The notes under the pieces are model-generated. The model saw only the letters and a program-made list of their open reading frames with translations, had not been told where the DNA came from and searched no databases. This document shows positions 1 to 7,202 of a stretch of DNA of 39,668 bases, piece after piece; within the stretch, counting starts at the first letter, position 1, and every line of letters starts with the position of its first letter. Origin of the DNA: a virus. The position numbers and the translations under genes are program-made. The stretch spans positions 1-39,668 of IMG/VR virus record IMGVR_UViG_3300045988_090415. One strand, given 5' to 3'.

Positions 1-98
1 CGATGGGCATCACCGTCGTCTTTGGTACGTCCATTGCGACTATCTTCGGCGTCTTCCTTATCCCCATGATGTTCATCATCGTAGAAACATTCGGACAC
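1..98. repeat. Left copy of the 98-bp direct repeat (candidate attL core)
   Basis: Bases 1-98 are identical to 39571-39668 on direct reading. It lies within the coding 3' end of an RND-type permease fragment, next to the integrase gene. Confidence 0.8.
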
Positions 99-155
99 AG
101 TAAGAAATCCTTTAGTGTGATGAAGAAAACTGTGGAGGATAAGCGCCTACATTAG
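3..155 (+). CDS. 3'-terminal fragment of an RND (AcrB/HAE1-type) efflux permease; last transmembrane helix plus a short tail
   Basis: The frame starting at base 3 reads MGITVVFGTSIATIFGVFLIPMMFIIVETFGHSKKSFSVMKKTVEDKRLH, with stop TAG at 153-155. The hydrophobic stretch resembles the final TM helix of AcrB as I recall it ([21 protein letters not shown]). The ORF is open to the window edge. Confidence 0.55.
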   Translation: MGITVVFGTSIATIFGVFLIPMMFIIVETFGHSKKSFSVMKKTVEDKRLH

Positions 156-165
156 CACCTTTTGT

Positions 166-1236
166 CTACACGGGTAACGTCATGTGACACGTGGGTAACG
201 AGTGTGTATAATACTTTAGGGTAGTCTCGATATTCGAGTGTCCCATAAGCACACTCACAGTCTTTACGTCCACATGGAATACCGTGATGAGCAAGGTAGC
301 ATAGGTGTGTCTTGTGTCGTACAGATGGTGTCCCTTGGAACTTCCCAGTACAGCTTCTACATACTTCTTAAAACGAACATTTACATTATCATGACTCAGA
401 TAACCGTAGGTACTCTTCTCAGACCTGAAGATACCTGCGGTTTTTTCTTCAGTGATTTTGTCTAGTAACCACAGACCCCACTTTGTCTCTATGGGAACCT
501 CCCGTATACTTGTGGAAGTCTTCATGGTTTCCTGTAGCTTGCCTTGGAATCCCAGTGATTTGTTGAAAGACACTTTGTCTTCCTTAATGTCTTCTCTGGT
601 CAGGGCAAGTATTTCCTGTGGTCTTGCTCCTGTAATAAAGGAAAGCACAATGTACACTTGGTATACCACAGGTAGGGTAGACAAATTCTCAATGGATAAC
701 AACTTTTGAACTTCCTCTAGGGAGAACACTTTCTTTTGTCTCTCTTGTCTTCCTTTTAACCTCCTTATGGCTTGTCGGGATTCCATAGGGTTGTTCTCAA
801 GATACCCTTCTAATACCGCTGTTTCTAGGATAGCTTTAAAGTTTTTCCTCCAGCGATCTAATGTAGAAGAAGCGTACCCCTTTGAGGACAGCCCTAGGAA
901 AAACCGATTTATGTCTTGAGGTGTTAAGTCAGAGAACTTTACATGTGCTACTTTACTGTTTTCTACATGTTTCCTATAGAAGTTCTTCAGACCGTTTAAG
1001 GTAGACGCTCGGTATACTCCCGATTTGAGTTCCATGAAGTGTTCAAAGTATTCAGCTACGGTAATAGGGGAGAAGTACTTGATGTCTTTCCCTTTGATGC
1101 CCATAAAGAACTTCTGGCACTCTTCGCGTGTATCAAAGGTTTTGCTAACTCTCTTACCTCCTGATACAGTAATAGTAGCCTTGAATCTTCCATTGGGCCT
1201 TCTCACGATTGACCCTGTACCTTTGTTTCTTCTCAT
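166..1236 (-). CDS. int: Tyrosine recombinase / phage integrase
   Basis: ORF 166-1278. Tyrosine-recombinase catalytic signatures are visible (GARPQEILAL, HHLYDTRHTYATLL, LMGHSNIETTLKYYTH). I prefer Met15 (MRRNKGTGSIV) because AAAGGAGGT lies just upstream. The start is ambiguous between 1236, 1260 and 1278. Confidence 0.9.
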   Translation of the reverse strand: MRRNKGTGSIVRRPNGRFKATITVSGGKRVSKTFDTREECQKFFMGIKGKDIKYFSPITVAEYFEHFMELKSGVYRASTLNGLKNFYRKHVENSKVAHVKFSDLTPQDINRFFLGLSSKGYASSTLDRWRKNFKAILETAVLEGYLENNPMESRQAIRRLKGRQERQKKVFSLEEVQKLLSIENLSTLPVVYQVYIVLSFITGARPQEILALTREDIKEDKVSFNKSLGFQGKLQETMKTSTSIREVPIETKWGLWLLDKITEEKTAGIFRSEKSTYGYLSHDNVNVRFKKYVEAVLGSSKGHHLYDTRHTYATLLITVFHVDVKTVSVLMGHSNIETTLKYYTHSLPTCHMTLPV

Positions 1237-1480
1237 GTAACCTCCTTTCCTTTTCCTCATGTACCTTATGTATATCATAGATTTTAAAAAATTACAGAAA
1301 ATTTATGAGGACATACATGAATGAACAGCACACAGCAGTTCCCCCGTATACCCCTCAGTCATACCACAGTTACAATAATTGAACACATGAGTATATTTTC
1401 ATATATCATTGAGTTTTACCTAACGTCTCGTAGTCCCTTATGGAACACAAGAGACCGCATAACAAAGCCATTTATAATAA

Positions 1481-1514
1481 CCCTGTTGCCTTAACGGTAG
1501 CGGGGTATTTTTTA
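1481..1514 (+). terminator. Possible intrinsic terminator facing incoming host read-through
   Basis: CCCTGTTGCC (1481-1490) pairs with GGTAGCGGGG (1496-1505) using several G-U pairs, with loop TTAAC, followed by TATTTTTTA. No plus-strand gene lies upstream, so its role is speculative. Confidence 0.3.
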
Positions 1515-1515
1515 G

Positions 1516-1598
1516 TTATTTCGTATTACGAACTATTTGTATTCCTAAAGTATAATATTTGTATCCTTATTTTTATTTCGTATTACGAACTATTTGTA
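1516..1598. repeat. Two 26-bp direct repeats, each containing the palindrome TTCGTA-T-TACGAA
   Basis: TTATTTCGTATTACGAACTATTTGTA occurs at 1516-1541 and again at 1573-1598. Non-coding region between int and the moron; candidate protein-binding sites. Confidence 0.7.
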
Positions 1599-1878
1599 CT
1601 GCATAATATTCATAAGGTGTACTGTTTGGTGTACTAAGGGCTCTTATTGATAACTATTTGTTATGTGAAGTGTTCCTAAAGTGAATGATATATCTGTATG
1701 ATATACTTTGGGAATACAACATAATACTATGTAGCATAAGGAATACTATATATTACTTTATATCATTGGCAATACGAATAATTTCATACAAGCAAGATAT
1801 TATTTATTCTAAAGAGTCTTTATAAAATAATATATTATAATTTTTGAAAAAGAAAAAGTTTGCCGCTATTCCTAAAGT
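1542..1878. promoter_or_regulatory. Three copies of TTCCTAAAGT (candidate integrase arm-type sites)
   Basis: TTCCTAAAGT at 1542-1551, 1673-1682 and 1869-1878. A related TCCTAAAG occurs near 39446 on the other side of the att repeat. The function is inferred only from position. Confidence 0.3.
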
Positions 1879-2256
1879 TGAATATTCAGGTAAATTTTTT
1901 GGTGTACTATCTTGTATTTCTTTAGAATATGTTTCCGTTCCGTTCTCGTTATATTTGACTACTTTTTTATATGTATACTTTACATTTTGGGAATCATAGT
2001 CATAGAAAAAAGTGCATGTCAAAGAAGATATATCCCCACTACTATAATTTTCCCTAAATACAGTACCCTTTATAATATAAAAAGGTGGATCATATCGCAC
2101 AACCTCTGTACTATTTACATCCATGTATGTGGTGGATTCAATATCACTATTTATTTTAATGTATTGACTGGATTCTGATAAAAAATTTGCGGCGAATGTA
2201 CTAAATGAAAACCCAAAAAATAATAGGATACTACATAATATTTTTACTATATACAT
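1804..2256 (-). CDS. Secreted protein of unknown function (AT-rich moron)
   Basis: ORF 1804-2271. The second Met is preceded by GGGAGGAG. The N-terminus MYIVKILCSILLFFGFSFSTFA/ANF looks like a signal peptide. The region is visibly far more AT-rich than the rest of the phage and lacks the TTTGTCT motif. Confidence 0.6.
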   Translation of the reverse strand: MYIVKILCSILLFFGFSFSTFAANFLSESSQYIKINSDIESTTYMDVNSTEVVRYDPPFYIIKGTVFRENYSSGDISSLTCTFFYDYDSQNVKYTYKKVVKYNENGTETYSKEIQDSTPKNLPEYSTLGIAANFFFFKNYNILFYKDSLE

Positions 2257-2297
2257 TTGCACTCCTCCCATGGTTAATATAAGAATATTATATCAAA

Positions 2298-2343
2298 ATA
2301 AAGGTCACTTTAGAATACTTTTATTATCTAAAGTGACCTTTAT
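2298..2343. terminator. Perfect 17-bp hairpin terminator between the RHH gene and the moron
   Basis: ATAAAGGTCACTTTAGA (2298-2314) is the exact reverse complement of TCTAAAGTGACCTTTAT (2327-2343), with a 12-nt loop and T-rich flanks on both strands. Confidence 0.75.
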
Positions 2344-2347
2344 TTGT

Positions 2348-2500
2348 TTAGTCTGAATGTTCCTTTATATACTCCTCAATCCATTGTCTTATTAATTCAC
2401 TACTATTAACTGCCTTGCTTTTACATATCTGCTGAAATTTGTCTCTTGTCTCTTTTTCTAAGCGGACATTTATCCTAACTTCCTTTGTCTTTTCTATCAT
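2348..2500 (-). CDS. Ribbon-helix-helix (CopG/Arc/MetJ-like) DNA-binding protein, candidate prophage repressor
   Basis: Not in the ORF track (50 aa). My translation: MIEKTKEVRINVRLEKETRDKFQQICKSKAVNSSELIRQWIEEYIKEHSD. It shows the beta-strand, helix, helix pattern typical of RHH proteins, has a GAGGTGAG RBS upstream, and is divergent from the early promoter. Confidence 0.65.
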   Translation of the reverse strand: MIEKTKEVRINVRLEKETRDKFQQICKSKAVNSSELIRQWIEEYIKEHSD

Positions 2501-2524
2501 GTGCTCACCTCACTTTCTAGATAT

Positions 2525-2553
2525 ATTATAACATGCTTCACATGTGAATACAA
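2525..2553 (-). promoter_or_regulatory. Sigma70-type promoter for the RHH gene
   Basis: The minus strand reads TTGTAT, then 17 nt, then TATAAT (plus-strand coordinates 2548-2553 and 2525-2530), about 25 nt upstream of the RHH start. The -35 overlaps the operator-like box TGTGAATACA. Confidence 0.5.
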
Positions 2554-2664
2554 TTTTTTTTTAAAAATGGGTTGACATGTGAGTACAAGAATGATATGAT
2601 ATAGCCATCAAGAGAAGTGAGTACATGGAATCACACAACTTAAAATGTGAGTACATGGAATCAC
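2543..2664. promoter_or_regulatory. Four operator-like boxes (A)TGTGA(G/A)TACA
   Basis: Boxes at 2543-2552, 2578-2587, about 2616-2625 and about 2646-2655. The last two sit inside an exact 18-bp direct repeat, GTGAGTACATGGAATCAC (2617-2634 and 2647-2664), 30 bp apart. Confidence 0.6.
2572..2600 (+). promoter_or_regulatory. Sigma70-type early promoter of the phage
   Basis: TTGACA (2572-2577), then a 17-nt spacer, then TATGAT (2595-2600), directed into the early operon. The spacer begins with the box TGTGAGTACA. Confidence 0.6.
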
Positions 2665-2693
2665 TCGGAAAAGAAAGAGGAGGCAATCATATT

Positions 2694-2969
2694 ATGACAA
2701 ACTTAGAAACCACACAAAAAATCAATGCTAACAAAATCTTTACCTGCACACGGAGGGTATTTACACCCGAGTTTAAAGCAATGGTAGTTAAAGAATATGA
2801 AGCCGGAATCACTAGAAAAGAATTAGCTAAAAAATATGACATCTTGCCTAACTATATTAATCGCTGGAAACAACGAGTACAAAAAGTAACACAAAGTATA
2901 AATGAAGAAACTAAAAGATACAAAGCACAAATTATAGAAAAGCACCAGAAAGAAATAGACAAAAAGTAG
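2694..2969 (+). CDS. Helix-turn-helix protein resembling IS3-family OrfA (transposase_8 HTH); likely a regulator
   Basis: GAGGAGG lies 10 nt upstream of ATG 2694. The sequence FTPEFKAMVVKEYEAGITRKELAKKYDILPNYINRWKQ matches the OrfA HTH pattern. The upstream Met codons of the tracked ORF (2625) fall inside the operator repeats. Confidence 0.6.
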   Translation: MTNLETTQKINANKIFTCTRRVFTPEFKAMVVKEYEAGITRKELAKKYDILPNYINRWKQRVQKVTQSINEETKRYKAQIIEKHQKEIDKK

Positions 2970-3152
2970 AAGAACAGCATATTCAACAGGAATTACAAGC
3001 ACTACGTGCTGAAAACAAGGCACTTAAAACATTGTTAAAAGTGTATATGAAATAAGTGTCGAAACACGGGGTTTAACCTCGTGTCTAGGTAAGACTGGCA
3101 ACCTGCCTACTGATGAGACAAGCCACCTAGCTAAAAGAAGGGAGATTTTACT

Positions 3153-3587
3153 ATGACTATGACAAGAGAAGAAGCTATTCGCAATTACGTTGAACACTTA
3201 ATCGGGGACGACCTTGCTAACTTGCTCCAGCACATGAACTCGTATGACGGGTGCTTTGAAGAATCCGTCTATTATGACATGGGAGAATTTGATGAATTTC
3301 TGTCGAACCACACCCCCATGGAAATTGCTCAAATGATTTTCTATGGCGGCGACTTTAATCCTAACAGTGAATATTTTCACTTCAATGCCTATGGGAACCT
3401 AGAGTCTGCTAATTGGGGCGATGTAGTAGCAGAGGCAGAAGACTTAGAAGAAGACATTATTTACCACCTTGTAACTTGTTACAGTGGTGACACTCCGTGG
3501 GCAGAATTAGACTACCTTGTCGACGCGGACGACGACGCCTTATTCAACGAAGACTACGAAGAAGTTGACGAAGAAGAAGACCAGTAG
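3153..3587 (+). CDS. Highly acidic early protein (candidate DNA mimic / anti-restriction protein, positional analogue of T7 Ocr)
   Basis: 144 aa, very rich in D and E with a poly-acidic tail (DYEEVDEEEDQ). It is the second gene of the host-RNAP early operon. No confident family match from memory. Confidence 0.35.
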   Translation: MTMTREEAIRNYVEHLIGDDLANLLQHMNSYDGCFEESVYYDMGEFDEFLSNHTPMEIAQMIFYGGDFNPNSEYFHFNAYGNLESANWGDVVAEAEDLEEDIIYHLVTCYSGDTPWAELDYLVDADDDALFNEDYEEVDEEEDQ

Positions 3588-3674
3588 TGGGTTTAACAGA
3601 GTACCCTAGGATTCTCTCTAGGGTATTCGATTAAGTCCACTAGTGACTTTACTACACATAAGGGAGGAATTACC

Positions 3675-4223
3675 ATGATAAAGACCATGACGGAAAAGCA
3701 AGTAGATTTTTGTTTCCATGTTTATTCACAAGTGCAGGAAGTGTTGTTCTTGCGTACTCAGTTCGCTGAAGACAGAGCAGTTATCTTTCAGCTTAATCAG
3801 CGAACACGTAGCCTAGGCCGGTGTCACGTGTATGGTTCTGATCTGGCTCGCATTGAAATTAGTGAATACGCCTTAGATGACACGGGTATGCCCTTTATGG
3901 AAACCCTAGTACACGAATGTATTCACGCCTGCCTTCCTATGTATGAACACCACGGCAGTAAATTCAAACAAGCTTGTGTCGTGTGTGGGGAACACTTTGG
4001 ACTTACTTTGTCTCGCTTAGCTTCCCCTAGTGTGACTAAGGCGTTTGTCTCTAATCAGCCTAGGGGCAAGTATAAAGTCGTGTGGGAAGATGGCACTTCT
4101 ACTTGCTACAAGACAAAGAAGGCATGGGTTGTCAAGGACTTGCTAGAGCACGGCGGTTCTCGTGTCTACAAGCTCACGACAGGGGAAACCATGAGAGCCG
4201 AGTTGATTGTAAGGGAAGACTAG
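3675..4223 (+). CDS. SprT-like zinc metallopeptidase-domain protein
   Basis: HExxH motif in LVHECIHACLP, followed by a His/Cys-rich segment (YEHHGSKFKQACVVCGEHF). Strong RBS GGGAGGA. Confidence 0.5.
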   Translation: MIKTMTEKQVDFCFHVYSQVQEVLFLRTQFAEDRAVIFQLNQRTRSLGRCHVYGSDLARIEISEYALDDTGMPFMETLVHECIHACLPMYEHHGSKFKQACVVCGEHFGLTLSRLASPSVTKAFVSNQPRGKYKVVWEDGTSTCYKTKKAWVVKDLLEHGGSRVYKLTTGETMRAELIVRED

Positions 4224-4282
4224 CATACCGAACAAGTGTTTGATATACTAGAGAAATAGAACAAGCGTTCGGAGGTGACAAC

Positions 4283-4513
4283 ATGAGTTACTACGCATAT
4301 GTGGGAAGACCTTGCCAATTAGAGGCGGAAATAGAAAACCTACAGAATCAAGGCTATTGTCTGTTCAGCCGCTTCACAGGCTCAGAAGGGGGACGCAAGG
4401 TGAAGCAGGAACTAGCTAGGGTACAGCAAGCCTTTCCTGACAGGCACTATGTCGTCCTCAAGGGAGGCAAGACCCATAAGGATACATATAAGCAAGCCAT
4501 ATTGTTCAAGTAA
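4283..4513 (+). CDS. Hypothetical early protein (76 aa)
   Basis: ORF with a GGAGGTG RBS. It is the last gene before the early terminator. Confidence 0.5.
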   Translation: MSYYAYVGRPCQLEAEIENLQNQGYCLFSRFTGSEGGRKVKQELARVQQAFPDRHYVVLKGGKTHKDTYKQAILFK

Positions 4514-4520
4514 TAGTAGT

Positions 4521-4572
4521 AGCAGGTAACTGAATATGAAAAAAAGTGTCGTTCAGTTACCTGCTATTTTTA
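4521..4572 (+). terminator. Strong intrinsic terminator between the early operon and the RNAP gene
   Basis: AGCAGGTAACTGAA (4521-4534) is the exact reverse complement of TTCAGTTACCTGCT (4552-4565). A perfect 14-bp stem, followed by ATTTTTA. Confidence 0.8.
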
Positions 4573-4599
4573 TACCTAGTGAGCCAAACAAACGTTCTA

Positions 4600-4623
4600 T
4601 TAATTGTCCCACATGCTAGAGGA
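4600..4623 (+). promoter_or_regulatory. Variant phage-RNAP promoter (P1) directly upstream of the RNAP gene
   Basis: TTAATTGTCCCACATGCTAGAGGA matches the 24-nt consensus except around -3 to -1. Its downstream part doubles as the RBS (GAGGAGG) for ATG 4635. Confidence 0.6.
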
Positions 4624-4634
4624 GGTAATTAAAA

Positions 4635-7193
4635 ATGATGACATTAGAACAACAGTTAGAACTTGAAAAGATGTACAAAGGTTTAGCAGAAAACCGTGCT
4701 TTGCAGGTATTGAACAAGGCGAAAGCAGACGGGGCCTATGAACGGACTCGTGTAGGTCAAGGCATTATGAATCACCTAGCAGAAACGTACTCAGCAAATG
4801 TACAAGCTTTCGTAGAAGATTGCATACAGCCTAAACGGGGTGTACAACCTGCCTACGCTAAAATCGTCAAAGATTACGCACTAGCCCTACAAGGTGACAC
4901 GAAAAAATTGGCTAGGCTTTGCGCTACGTTGTCTTTGAAAATTACTATTAGTGCTATGATGAGGCGTTCCCTCACTGCCAATAATATTGGTGGTGCAATC
5001 GGACTTGAATTAGAGCCAGAAGTAGAAGCAATGTCGTTTTTCGAAGACAAAGAAAACAAACGCTTTGACAAGAGCCTTAAAGAGCGTGTCAATTTCTCGT
5101 ACCGCCGTAATTTCATGGAGCATGTATACAAGGGTGTAGGCTTTACGTTCGCCAAGCACACTCCAAAAGAAAGAACCACACTAGGTATGCAGTTACTTGC
5201 TGTACTCGTGGAAACAACAGACTTCTTTGTTTTTCAAGAAGTATCGGAGGAAGGAAAGACACAGCCCTTACAAGTTCTCCCTACGGACATCTTTTTACAG
5301 GCTATAGCTAATGCAGAGGACAAGAGCGTGGGACAAGCCATTACGTATGTTCCAACTATTATTCCCCCGAAACCATGGACTAATTTTTGGGACGGGGGAT
5401 ACTACGGAGCTTTGTCTCAAAACAAAACCTTAATGCGCTACATTCCTTATGCAAGGTCTTCACAGACACGCAAGCTCTACACAGCCAGACTAAACGAACT
5501 TGATCTGTCTAGCCTTTACTCAGCGGTCAACGCTATTCAAGCGACAGCCTATAGAATTAACAAGTCTGTCTTAGAAGTCATCAAGCACTACTTAAATGTG
5601 GGTGGTGGAGCAGCAGGATTAGCAGAGACAAAACCTCTCGAACAGCTCCCACGCTTCCCTCATGCCTATGAGGACATTAAGGAAAACGAAGAGCTACTCA
5701 AGCAGTTCAAAGCACACAAAAAGAAGATGGTGGAAGTCATTCACAAGGAAAACCAGCGCAAAGGAAAGGCCCTGAGAGCTGTAATGATTATCAAAGTAGC
5801 TGAGGACTTTGCAAAGTATGACAAAATCTGGTTCCCGATGAACATAGACTTTCGGGGCCGTGTCTACCCAATCCCCACGGGCCTAAATCCACAGGGGGAT
5901 GACATGACAAAGGCCCTCTTGCAATACGCAGAGCCTACCCCCGTATCTGCTGAAGACGCTCCCGACGCCCTCAAGTGGCTGTCAATTCATGGTGCAGGAC
6001 TAGCAGGTCATGACAAAATTCCTCTGGAAAACCGTGTAGCATGGGTAGAGGAAAATAGGCAGAATATTTTGTCTAGTGCTGAAAATCCATTGGACTTTCC
6101 TTGGTGGCAAGAACAAGATAAGCCGTGGCAGTTTTTGGCGTGGACGATGGAATACAAGAGGGCTTTAGAATACTTAGACACACACAAGACCCTAGCAGGT
6201 TTTGACTGTCGTTGTACAATCGCATATGACGGTACATGCTCAGGTCTTCAGCACTACAGTTGTCTTCTCCGTGACCCTGTTGGCGGCTCCTCTGTCAACT
6301 TGATTGACCACGACAAACCAGCAGATATTTATAGAGAAGTTTCAGATAAGGTCTTGACAATGGTTAAGAAAGATGTTATAGAAGGAACCTTAAAAGGCAA
6401 GGAGCGGAAAGATGGTACATTTGGGCCAGGAACGAAGCAGCTGGCAGAAGCGTGGCTCGCTCATGGTATTAATCGCAAAGTATGCAAGCGTCCTGTCATG
6501 ACTCTAGCTTACGGAAGTGGGCAGTATGGTTTTGCTGACCAAGTTTATGAAGACACTGTAGCGGATAACCCTTGCTTTGCTGGTGTCGGTGAAAGACAAG
6601 CGGCTCAGTACCTAGCAAAGCTCATTTGGAAGGCAGTACAGACGACAGTCGTTGCCGCCATTGAAGGTATGGAGTGCTTAAAGAAGATTGCCACAGCCCT
6701 TGCAAAAGCGGATATGCCTGTCGAATGGGTGACACCAATGGGCCTGCCAATTCAGCAGATGTACCTAGCACGGAAAACGGAGTCGTTCAGATTGCGCCTT
6801 GGTAACTCCTCCACACGCTATCGTATCTATGTAACAACCGTAAGTGAGAACGAAGACGTAGACAGACACAAGCAAGCTACAGGGGTAGCTCCGAACTTCA
6901 TCCACTCCCTCGACGCTACACATCTCATGATGAGCATTAACGAAGCAAGTAGACAAGGGTGTGTGAACTTCAGTACCGTTCATGATTCGTTCGGGACTTC
7001 CCTCGGTGAAGCGGCTCGATTGCGTCGTATCATTAGACAAGAGTTAGTCAAGCTGTACACCGAGCATGATCCCTTAGCTGAGTTCTTGAGACATGCTGAA
7101 GAGCTGTTAGGGGAACCATTAGACATTGAACTGCCCGAAAAAGGTTCATTAGACATCAACTGTATCTTAGATAGTAAGTTCGTTTTCCACTAG
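4635..7193 (+). CDS. T7-like single-subunit DNA-dependent RNA polymerase
   Basis: 852 aa. Motifs align with T7 RNAP as I recall it: DFRGRVYP, YDGTCSGLQHYS, KRPVMTLAYGS, APNFIHSLDATHL and VHDSFGT. Confidence 0.95.
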   Translation: MMTLEQQLELEKMYKGLAENRALQVLNKAKADGAYERTRVGQGIMNHLAETYSANVQAFVEDCIQPKRGVQPAYAKIVKDYALALQGDTKKLARLCATLSLKITISAMMRRSLTANNIGGAIGLELEPEVEAMSFFEDKENKRFDKSLKERVNFSYRRNFMEHVYKGVGFTFAKHTPKERTTLGMQLLAVLVETTDFFVFQEVSEEGKTQPLQVLPTDIFLQAIANAEDKSVGQAITYVPTIIPPKPWTNFWDGGYYGALSQNKTLMRYIPYARSSQTRKLYTARLNELDLSSLYSAVNAIQATAYRINKSVLEVIKHYLNVGGGAAGLAETKPLEQLPRFPHAYEDIKENEELLKQFKAHKKKMVEVIHKENQRKGKALRAVMIIKVAEDFAKYDKIWFPMNIDFRGRVYPIPTGLNPQGDDMTKALLQYAEPTPVSAEDAPDALKWLSIHGAGLAGHDKIPLENRVAWVEENRQNILSSAENPLDFPWWQEQDKPWQFLAWTMEYKRALEYLDTHKTLAGFDCRCTIAYDGTCSGLQHYSCLLRDPVGGSSVNLIDHDKPADIYREVSDKVLTMVKKDVIEGTLKGKERKDGTFGPGTKQLAEAWLAHGINRKVCKRPVMTLAYGSGQYGFADQVYEDTVADNPCFAGVGERQAAQYLAKLIWKAVQTTVVAAIEGMECLKKIATALAKADMPVEWVTPMGLPIQQMYLARKTESFRLRLGNSSTRYRIYVTTVSENEDVDRHKQATGVAPNFIHSLDATHLMMSINEASRQGCVNFSTVHDSFGTSLGEAARLRRIIRQELVKLYTEHDPLAEFLRHAEELLGEPLDIELPEKGSLDINCILDSKFVFH

Positions 7194-7202
7194 TGCGACT
7201 AG

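Noticed and set aside
1-98. The 98-bp terminal identity could be a T7-style terminal redundancy of virion DNA, or an assembly overlap of a circular contig.
   Set aside because: The repeat is protein-coding sequence for the last TM helix of an RND permease, abuts an integrase gene, and the left copy continues in frame to a stop codon. A random assembly breakpoint or a virion terminal repeat would not be expected to coincide with such a fragment. I cannot fully exclude it without the flanking sequence.
1516-1598. A possible mini CRISPR array (identical 26-bp repeats with a spacer of about 31 bp).
   Set aside because: There are only two repeat copies and no cas genes, the repeats contain an operator-like palindrome, and the context is an attP arm.
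1440-1637. 65-aa plus-strand ORF from the ORF track.
   Set aside because: It runs through the 26-bp direct repeats in an AT-rich non-coding arm, has no RBS and has a low-complexity hydrophobic translation. It is most likely a by-product of the repeats.
2694-3055. IS3-family insertion sequence (the orfA-like gene).
   Set aside because: There is no orfB/DDE transposase, no terminal inverted repeats and no target duplication. The gene is the first cistron of the phage early operon, so I treat it as a regulator rather than a mobile element.
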